Virus record (IMG/VR): IMGVR_UViG_3300045993_000281
Span: 33,091-97,090 of that record
Origin: a virus
Taxonomy: Duplodnaviria; Heunggongvirae; Uroviricota; Caudoviricetes
Length of the DNA: 64,000 nt
Strand: one strand, 5' to 3'
Positions within the stretch are counted from its first letter, which is position 1. Every line of letters starts with the position of its first letter. Made by a program: the position numbers and the translations under genes. The notes below the pieces were generated by a model that was not told the DNA's origin, did no database searches, and worked only from the letters and a program-made list of their open reading frames with translations. Of the stretch, positions 57,158 through 64,000 are shown one piece after another.

Positions 57158-57636
57158 TTGAACCTCAGTTGGTCTTTAGCTAGTTTTAAGCCAGACATCG
57201 CGAGTCGGATACAACTTGGGCATAACGAAATACTCTCGTGCTCGCCGCTATCCTTTAGATCGAACTTAGCTAAGAATTCAGGTTTGCCTCCGCACTCACC
57301 ACATTGCTCTGGCATCACCCAAGATTCATTCCCAATAGCTTCCGCGACATCTTCGGGCATGGCTACTGCTACGTTGAGAGCCTTGAGTTTATTATATACA
57401 GCCAACGAACTTCCTGAAACTATACCAGTCCAATGTCCATTCTTGAAATATTGATCACGCCATCTCTGCGCTACGGTACGAATGTCTTCACGTAGTTCAT
57501 CTTTGCAGCTTATGATCTTCATAGGCTCCTCTTGGTTAATTAAAAAGGGCAACCCGTAGGTCACCCTTTTGCTCTTACTTGATCGGACACGCACCAGTTG
57601 CACACTCATCACCACCTTCAAAGGCAGCAGATGCAA
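57154..57636 (-). CDS. Hypothetical Cys-containing protein
   Basis: ORF with CGECGG...CPSC. The annotated start overlaps the RNR gene, so an internal start (MKIISCKD...) is more likely. Confidence 0.4.
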   Translation of the reverse strand: MHLLPLKVVMSVQLVRVRSSKSKRVTYGLPFLINQEEPMKIISCKDELREDIRTVAQRWRDQYFKNGHWTGIVSGSSLAVYNKLKALNVAVAMPEDVAEAIGNESWVMPEQCGECGGKPEFLAKFDLKDSGEHESISLCPSCIRLAMSGLKLAKDQLRFK

Positions 57637-59494
57637 CAGATAATATGGGACGTGTTTTGGCTACTAATTCCTCGTATTGCGCTTGTGTAATTTCTTCGTA
57701 TGGCGCTTGCTTAAATCCGTGCTCTGAGTGGAGCAGGAACGATAAACTCTTATGATTATTTTTATAATGTTTCGCTAGGTAGTCTCTGATCCCTGGCAGT
57801 TCCTCTTGACGATAATATATCGTACAGGATACTGAGTTATCTGACCATACCTCTTGCAATCTCTTAATCTCGCCTAATTGGTCTAACGCAGTCATATCCT
57901 TCGCCAATTTAGTCCCAGCAGGGTAGGAGAAAGGAAAGCTTACAATCATGGAGCCGTAATCTTCAGTACCGTCCAAATTCAACTTGTACTCCATTGGATA
58001 GCCATGTTCTTTGCATATCTTGATTAGCGGATTCTCTGAAGCAATTGTAATACGGCGAATCATGTATTGTGCATAACCTGGATGTATTCCTGGGGTGATG
58101 CCTGGAAGCAATGATAGCGTACCTGATGGTTTTACGGTTGTGAGTTTAATGGATATTGCGAAACCATGGATCTCAGAATACCGTTTGTCGTAATCTCTTA
58201 ATTTTACATATGCGTCATCTAGCCATTTGTTTTGTTCCTTGCTGGCCATCTCAATCCCAGACATTCCAATGCCCATCCGCATATTCTGATGGACTATCTT
58301 GTCTGTTTCGGGGTGATGGCAGGGTAGCATTAACGAGTGCTTGCAGACACGGTACAAAAGCATTAAGACGTCGTCTAATTCTTCTTTTGATTTGATATTC
58401 GGGAGGAAAACCTCAGCGAGACAGCATGTTTCATACGGGGCTAGACTCTGTTCAGCGCATGGGTTATAGCCCATGACCTCTGGGTCAGGGTACTGCTCTT
58501 CGCCAAGTCTACCGATCTTGCGTGATAACCTCAGATTGATTAACCCGTATGGCTCGCCTTTGCCGCGATACCCATCCCAGAAGTATTCATGCAAGTCTCT
58601 AATGTCGTCACATGCTACACTGTTATTCGACATTCCGCGCCACTTTGGAAGTGTGCCTAAATCCCAGCGTTTCGCAAGCAAAAACTCAATATCATCACAA
58701 TCTCCTATTGCGAGTTGCGCTGACCTACGAACGTTCCCAGCCACAATGATATAGCCGATAATGTTCATAATATCAAGCGCATCTATGGGACGAATTTTAC
58801 GCCCACTACGCCTGATCAATATTTCCGAGATTTTTCCAATACCCCAGACAAGATCTTCTGGACCTGAGGCAACTCCTCCAAAGCTTTTAATTGGGGTCCC
58901 TTTACCTCGCACAACCTGTGTAGAGTATGTAAAAGTTCCCTTCTCTTTTCGTTCGCTAAGGAAAGCAGCTTTAAGCGTCTTCGCCAGGAATCTAACCCAT
59001 CCTTCTCGCGAATCTGGGATAATAAAGTCAGCTCCTCCGTGGTCAACTCTTGTAGGCGCTTTAAACCATTCGCGAACAGCTGGCAACTTCTCGACATGTT
59101 CCCTCTGTATATTGTAACCAACACCTGAACCTAGCGCTAGCATATCCATGCACCATGTGAATGGTACGATCGGATGATCTACGACTGTAAACGCACAGTT
59201 CTGTAAAGACGCTAACCCTAAACGGTCCACCGTCCTTGTACCCATTTGCCAAAGGAACCGTCCAGCGACGCTTCCCTTTAGTTGAAGTGAATACAGTCTA
59301 AGTCTTTCTTCTTCCTCGGTACTAAATCCTACACCCAATTGGTCTCTACAAGATTTTATCACTCTCTCGATTGTATCAGGAAATTCTTCTGTGGGCGACC
59401 CGTCAGGATCACTCTCATTAAACTTCCTGGAGTACGTTCTTTTATAAGTCAACAAACCTACTGTTGACCATGGTGTTTGTACTTGCGTTGACAT
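57575..59494 (-). CDS. nrdJ: Ribonucleotide reductase (class II-like; motif NPCAEQS)
   Basis: RNR active-site region ...GYNPCAEQSLAPYETCCLAEV; 640 aa from ATG 59494. The RNR family call is stronger than the class assignment. The ORF-track start at 59533 is a GTG; ATG at 59494 (MSTQVQ) has a GAGGA RBS and is preferred. C-terminal Cys pair GGDECATGACP. Confidence 0.7.
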   Translation of the reverse strand: MSTQVQTPWSTVGLLTYKRTYSRKFNESDPDGSPTEEFPDTIERVIKSCRDQLGVGFSTEEEERLRLYSLQLKGSVAGRFLWQMGTRTVDRLGLASLQNCAFTVVDHPIVPFTWCMDMLALGSGVGYNIQREHVEKLPAVREWFKAPTRVDHGGADFIIPDSREGWVRFLAKTLKAAFLSERKEKGTFTYSTQVVRGKGTPIKSFGGVASGPEDLVWGIGKISEILIRRSGRKIRPIDALDIMNIIGYIIVAGNVRRSAQLAIGDCDDIEFLLAKRWDLGTLPKWRGMSNNSVACDDIRDLHEYFWDGYRGKGEPYGLINLRLSRKIGRLGEEQYPDPEVMGYNPCAEQSLAPYETCCLAEVFLPNIKSKEELDDVLMLLYRVCKHSLMLPCHHPETDKIVHQNMRMGIGMSGIEMASKEQNKWLDDAYVKLRDYDKRYSEIHGFAISIKLTTVKPSGTLSLLPGITPGIHPGYAQYMIRRITIASENPLIKICKEHGYPMEYKLNLDGTEDYGSMIVSFPFSYPAGTKLAKDMTALDQLGEIKRLQEVWSDNSVSCTIYYRQEELPGIRDYLAKHYKNNHKSLSFLLHSEHGFKQAPYEEITQAQYEELVAKTRPILSVASAAFEGGDECATGACPIK

Positions 59495-59698
59495 TACTAT
59501 CCTCTGTTTTAATAATAACCATATAATGGCCACCCTGTGTTCGGATTATTTTAATCTTACATAATTACAAACTGGCAGTTAACAGTTTCCTCTGAATGCA
59601 CTTAGGAGCCCTACTACAAATATGCCTATAAAACACACTGCTATAAGCACAGCGCCTATTGTCATCCAGAATACCTGCTTATCATCCTGTTTACTCAT

Positions 59699-61345
59699 TT
59701 AAAATTCGCTCACTTGTGTATGCACTGGCTCGAATTGTTCCTCAGAGAGTGCAGTTAACCGTCCAGTCGCATGATTGTAGGTAGCGCCTGGCACCATCCC
59801 AGTAAGTCCTATTGTTCTGCTCTTCAGCACAGCCATAAGCAGGGTGTTCTTAACAAATTCGTCCGCAGCCAGCGAATTCCTCGCAAATGCAATAATGTCA
59901 AACGAAACTTGCTTTATACTACCACTACCACGAATATCATCTAGGCTTGGTAATCGTCCTTCTTCAAAGGACTTCCCGCCTGTCTGTACTTTTCGTAAGT
60001 GGCTAATCAAACCTATCCATGCATTGTGTCTCTTGACTACACGCAGGAGGTCATTCATTATTTTGTCAATTGCTTCGTTACCTGTCAAACCTTCAGCGCC
60101 CTCGCTCACCAGTATGGTAATGTGATCTATGACTAAGTATTTGCATCCCATGAGACACATGTACTCTAGCTGGGTGATGATAGATTCGTCTTTAATTGAG
60201 CCTTGATGGTCAAGGACTATTACACGATCATCGCCGAATACCTTGTCAAAACCAACCTTTAAATCTTCCTCGATAATCTCTTCATTGGCAGGATTCCGAT
60301 GGATCATCATCGCAGCGAGTTTAATTCCAGTCTCACCAGGAGACTCCTCTAAAGAAATAATACCAACCTTGTCGCCAGTTGTCTCGATAATGTGCAAGAC
60401 AATCTCACGAATCAGCGTGCTTTTCCCAGCACCCGTTCCGCTAATAAACAAAGCGATTTCACCGCCACGCATGCCCTTGACCTTAGAGTTCACACCTGCC
60501 ATACATGCAGGGTAAGGTACGCTTGGTGTGTTGTTTCTCTCTACAATCTGTTTCCAGATGTCCTCTTTAGAAATGATGCCTACAGGCGACCACTTCTCAG
60601 CGTCCCAGATGCACTGTAACAATGTCAGTCCATCCTTTTTCGTAAACACTTCGCTTGCGTCTTTGAACGGCATCTTGCAAAGTCTTACTTTGTCAATCCC
60701 TATAATCTTGATCGCTTTCTCGGTAGCTTCTGTACCCGCGTCATCCATATCAAAACATAGGACGACCTCCTCAAAGCTTCTTATCCAGTCGCGGTGTGGC
60801 AGCAATTCTTGCGTGCCCTTAGAACTGGGTAGCGATATTACAGGATAAAACTTACCATACTTATGAAACTGGGCTTGTGCAACTGTTAGTGCGTCAATTT
60901 CGCCCTCGGTTATTACTAACCGCTTCCCACCACCATTGAATAGGTCTCTTCCAAATAGGCCACCAGCTTTCCCAATCCAATTGAAAACTTTAGGTAACCT
61001 GCGCTGCTTGTAACCACCACCTGAATAGGGGTAATAATGGGAGTCTATCTTTCCATCTGAACCGTAACTCACCTTTACATTATAAAATTCACAAACATCT
61101 TTCTCAATCAGACGTTCTATAAATCCCCGAGAATGTAGGGCTTCGATCTCTGTCAAGCTTGTTTCCGACATATCCTGCACCTCGTCCCTTGGTATAAATA
61201 AAAAGTCCGCATCGTGGTCTTTCCTAAAGAATTTACTACAGCTGAAACAATAGCTGGTGCCTTCTTCATATAACCTACGAGCGTCAGATGAACCACAGCC
61301 TTTTACATCAAGACAGGGGAGGTTTGACTTTACTATCTTGCTCAT
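59699..61345 (-). CDS. Primase-helicase (T7 gp4-like)
   Basis: 548 aa, with three parts in order:
- N-terminal zinc ribbon CLDVKGCGSSDARRLYEEGTSYCFSC
- TOPRIM/primase LVITEGEIDALT
- DnaB-like helicase with Walker A ISGTGAGKST. Confidence 0.85.
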   Translation of the reverse strand: MSKIVKSNLPCLDVKGCGSSDARRLYEEGTSYCFSCSKFFRKDHDADFLFIPRDEVQDMSETSLTEIEALHSRGFIERLIEKDVCEFYNVKVSYGSDGKIDSHYYPYSGGGYKQRRLPKVFNWIGKAGGLFGRDLFNGGGKRLVITEGEIDALTVAQAQFHKYGKFYPVISLPSSKGTQELLPHRDWIRSFEEVVLCFDMDDAGTEATEKAIKIIGIDKVRLCKMPFKDASEVFTKKDGLTLLQCIWDAEKWSPVGIISKEDIWKQIVERNNTPSVPYPACMAGVNSKVKGMRGGEIALFISGTGAGKSTLIREIVLHIIETTGDKVGIISLEESPGETGIKLAAMMIHRNPANEEIIEEDLKVGFDKVFGDDRVIVLDHQGSIKDESIITQLEYMCLMGCKYLVIDHITILVSEGAEGLTGNEAIDKIMNDLLRVVKRHNAWIGLISHLRKVQTGGKSFEEGRLPSLDDIRGSGSIKQVSFDIIAFARNSLAADEFVKNTLLMAVLKSRTIGLTGMVPGATYNHATGRLTALSEEQFEPVHTQVSEF

Positions 61346-61529
61346 CGTCTTTCTTTATAGTGCCCCAAATGAGTCCCGCTACAAAAATTGAAGCTACCAT
61401 AATCAACAAGTAGTCCGCAGACTGCATATGCGAGAAGTTCATTGAATAAATACCCATACCTATCGCCACAAAGGACGCTAGGAACAGAATGATTACGACG
61501 AGTTCTTTCATGGTTTCCTTTTGGGGCAC
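61308..61529 (-). CDS. Small membrane protein
   Basis: 73 aa with two hydrophobic helices. Confidence 0.4.
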   Translation of the reverse strand: MPQKETMKELVVIILFLASFVAIGMGIYSMNFSHMQSADYLLIMVASIFVAGLIWGTIKKDDEQDSKVKPPLS

Positions 61530-61553
61530 GACAATACGCGCCCCAGTGTTTGA

Positions 61554-63929
61554 TTAGATTATTGTTTTCTCTACCGTATACAACGATACTCCGTGACTAC
61601 ACAACAGACGCCACAAACCTATCGCGTACTGAATTGGCCACAACACATTCTCCTCTACCTTAGGCAAATCCGAATTCTGTCTTTGCACATAAAAGTTTTT
61701 AGAGGCGTGGTCATAAACAACCTCCAGCACCTTCGGGCATGTTTCACTGAAGTGCAGCGTCCAATTTGTGAAATCTAGCGCCAACTTCACTTGAGAGTAA
61801 CCTGCTGCTCTGAGTGCCCTTATAACTTCGGCCAATTCACCGGAATTACTTACAAGAACGGCTTGTGAACCTATCTTGTATTCTTTGAACTCCTCTTTGC
61901 CAAGACGTCCAGTCACGAGATAACGAACATACTCCGATTTGTGATACTTAAACATACTACGGAATCTCTCGTCTTCCTTAAGAAGAAGTGACATTATCCA
62001 TTTCTGTTTCGACGGAAACTCTTCCTGTATCAGCACCAGATTGTTCAACTCATCACCGGTCAAGATGGTGGGTTTAATGGTATAGTACTGCAGCAGTTCG
62101 AGAATATTAGCTTCGGTAGGCCTTTCGTACGCTAATGGCGGATTCTCCAGGAGTCGTTTGTAATTACCAAGCACCCACTTAGCCTCATCGTAGTCAAAGT
62201 TCTTCTTAAACGCCACGATACTGGAATTAGCGTCTACAGGTGGTTTGGCATTCTCTGCAATAAATCTCTCGAATCCGATCTGGCGGAGTTCGCCGAGCAA
62301 TTCTACCGAGTCAACTTTATACCGTAGTCCAACTGGAAGAAATACCAGTTGTTTTAGATTAGCGCTGTAGTCGCCTGAAAACGTCCTTACTTTTTCCAAA
62401 TTTACACTAATGCCATAGTACGCCAATTGAACAGCGATGTCCTCTACTGTTTTGTCCATCTCACCCTTGTCATGCCCGAACAGCAGTATATCGTCAACAA
62501 AGGAATAGCAGTCAACGGCATTTCGTAGCAAGTACGACATTACAATCGTGGACAGTGCATGCTCATAATTAGAGTCAATTGTGAGTTTGTCCAAACAACC
62601 GTTTGCAGTCATTGCTTTTCTGATCAAGGACAGTGCGCGTTGGCATCCGTCTCTTTGCTCTTCGTTGCAAAAATACATAACTGCGTCTTCTACTAGCTTG
62701 TAGGTAACCTTGTTAAAGAAGTCACTTAAATCAAAATACATGCAATGTTGGAACTTCCCACTAGCCTTAACACCAAGCTCCCTGTACAGGTTGTAGGTGT
62801 AGATATACGGTATTAGTCTCCCGTCATTGATGCGGCTACCAAGGTTGGACGTCGGTATATTGAGCAATCCATACAGCTTGTCTACACCTACTGCCATTAG
62901 AATGTTGTCGAAGTCCGACCGAAATTCCATAAGGCGGTTTCCTGCAAACTTCTCACCATTTTTGGGGACAAACCGTGAAGGCTTTATAGAGAACATCGTG
63001 TCCAGCGTCCGAACACTGTCCGTGAAACGTGAACGGAAGACTTGATATGCTGCGTCGTCAGTTGTCTCCAGCGCCTCAAACAGAAGCGCGGTGAAGTTAT
63101 CCTGATAGACGGAATAGCCCAAATGGTCGTACTGAATATGCTTAGAGATATTTGTGCGTAGTGAGGACACCACCCGTTTCAATTCTTTGTACGAGGCGTA
63201 TTTGGCATACGTCATGCCCAGCCCCAGCTGGTTCGCGTAGAACTCTGTCAAGTCCTTCGGCAAGTCGCCTACAAGACATGTGCCTTGTTCAACTAATCCG
63301 TACAACAGAAAACTAGGCTGTGACGTCATATTTTTGGGGTTGGAGTACACAACTATTCCAGTCTCAGGCTGTAAGTACTTTCCAATCAACTGTGAATCTT
63401 TTGCGTAGAACTTGTTTTCGTCAGATGATGAAACGAACTCCTTGACTTTGTTATTACCACCGACAATCTGATACTCGAATAGAATATCTTCCGCATCTTC
63501 GCCGGATACAAAGCTTTCTATTCTTTCCGCGCGTGTGTTTATTTCAAAATTAAACAACAATTTTGCGCTAGCACCGAACCGGTAACCGGATAACGACATG
63601 TCTTCAAGCTTTACTGCTTGTGATGACATTTGGTAGTCAGCATCACGATACCGATTAATGAAGTACTGAGTACCTTCATCCGTATCAATAGCCTTCCGGA
63701 CAGTCTGCGGCACAAGCCGGATTTGTTCGGTGGCGTGTCCCAGAATCTTGCAAGAGAACCGCTTAGCATTGTCTGCCAAGTACTTCTTGTAGAACCTTTC
63801 AATGTTATCCGTGAGATACACCACCAACTGAGCCGCGCTGGTTCTGCTGTGTATCTCGCGAGCCAACACTAGTGTCATCTTGATTTTCGAATCATTTATT
63901 GTTGCAGTTATCTTTTGCATTTTATTCAC
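61554..63929 (-). CDS. Reverse-transcriptase-like polymerase (791 aa) with large N- and C-terminal extensions
   Basis: RT motifs in canonical order at residues ~319-515:
- Motifs 1/2: RFVPKNGEKFAGNRLM, SDFDNILMAVGVDKL
- Motif A: MYFDLSDFFNKV
- Motif B': HALSTIVMSYLLRNAV (compare QG..SPLLANIYL)
- Motif C: YSFVDDILLFG (YxDD)
- Motif E-like: GISVNLEKVRTF (compare GLxLNxEKT). Confidence 0.75.
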   Translation of the reverse strand: MNKMQKITATINDSKIKMTLVLAREIHSRTSAAQLVVYLTDNIERFYKKYLADNAKRFSCKILGHATEQIRLVPQTVRKAIDTDEGTQYFINRYRDADYQMSSQAVKLEDMSLSGYRFGASAKLLFNFEINTRAERIESFVSGEDAEDILFEYQIVGGNNKVKEFVSSSDENKFYAKDSQLIGKYLQPETGIVVYSNPKNMTSQPSFLLYGLVEQGTCLVGDLPKDLTEFYANQLGLGMTYAKYASYKELKRVVSSLRTNISKHIQYDHLGYSVYQDNFTALLFEALETTDDAAYQVFRSRFTDSVRTLDTMFSIKPSRFVPKNGEKFAGNRLMEFRSDFDNILMAVGVDKLYGLLNIPTSNLGSRINDGRLIPYIYTYNLYRELGVKASGKFQHCMYFDLSDFFNKVTYKLVEDAVMYFCNEEQRDGCQRALSLIRKAMTANGCLDKLTIDSNYEHALSTIVMSYLLRNAVDCYSFVDDILLFGHDKGEMDKTVEDIAVQLAYYGISVNLEKVRTFSGDYSANLKQLVFLPVGLRYKVDSVELLGELRQIGFERFIAENAKPPVDANSSIVAFKKNFDYDEAKWVLGNYKRLLENPPLAYERPTEANILELLQYYTIKPTILTGDELNNLVLIQEEFPSKQKWIMSLLLKEDERFRSMFKYHKSEYVRYLVTGRLGKEEFKEYKIGSQAVLVSNSGELAEVIRALRAAGYSQVKLALDFTNWTLHFSETCPKVLEVVYDHASKNFYVQRQNSDLPKVEENVLWPIQYAIGLWRLLCSHGVSLYTVEKTII

Positions 63930-64000
63930 TTATATTTGATTTGCGTTGCCATACACATCATGTGTAGACGATCCTTGTGTTTCTGTGTTATTGGTTCTTT

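Noticed and set aside
58816-59124. 102-aa minus-strand ORF and several plus-strand ORFs inside the RNR gene
   Set aside because: They are alternate frames within a long, motif-validated RNR reading frame.
59520-59533. ORF-track start of the RNR gene at 59533
   Set aside because: That start codon is GTG with no RBS. ATG at 59494 (MSTQVQ...) with a GAGGA RBS 6 nt upstream is the more plausible start.

Overview
The window looks like a contiguous, densely packed segment of a tailed dsDNA bacteriophage genome. Nearly all genes are on the minus strand; the plus-strand ORFs in the track are mostly low-complexity antisense artefacts. No integrase, rRNA or CRISPR is visible.

Layout, read in transcription order from high to low coordinates:
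- ~64-54 kb: replication and nucleotide metabolism (reverse-transcriptase-like 791-aa protein, T7 gp4-like primase-helicase, ribonucleotide reductase (RNR), ATP-dependent ligase).
- ~53-28 kb: accessory module with many small ORFs. It holds a DHH (NrnA-like) phosphoesterase, an adjacent NAMPT + PRPP-synthetase pair, a vWA-domain protein next to a repeat-rich spacer, four tRNAs, a (p)ppGpp-hydrolase-like HD protein (small alarmone hydrolase, SAH), an SPFH/band-7 protein, a lipoprotein, and three pairs of paralogous small proteins.
- 28-0 kb: packaging and virion module (small and large terminase, lysis-like membrane proteins, two large fiber-like proteins, portal, two HNH nucleases, a 1535-aa MuF-like minor head protein fused to a T7-like single-subunit RNA polymerase (RNAP), scaffold, major capsid, neck proteins, major tail protein, chaperone-like genes, and a tape-measure gene longer than 2,400 aa that runs off the window edge).

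The two most unusual observations:
- The MuF-RNAP fusion is a candidate virion-delivered RNA polymerase.
- The reverse-transcriptase-like protein sits next to the primase-helicase, where a DNA polymerase would usually be.

All functional calls come from motif recognition by eye on the translations. None has been checked against a database.
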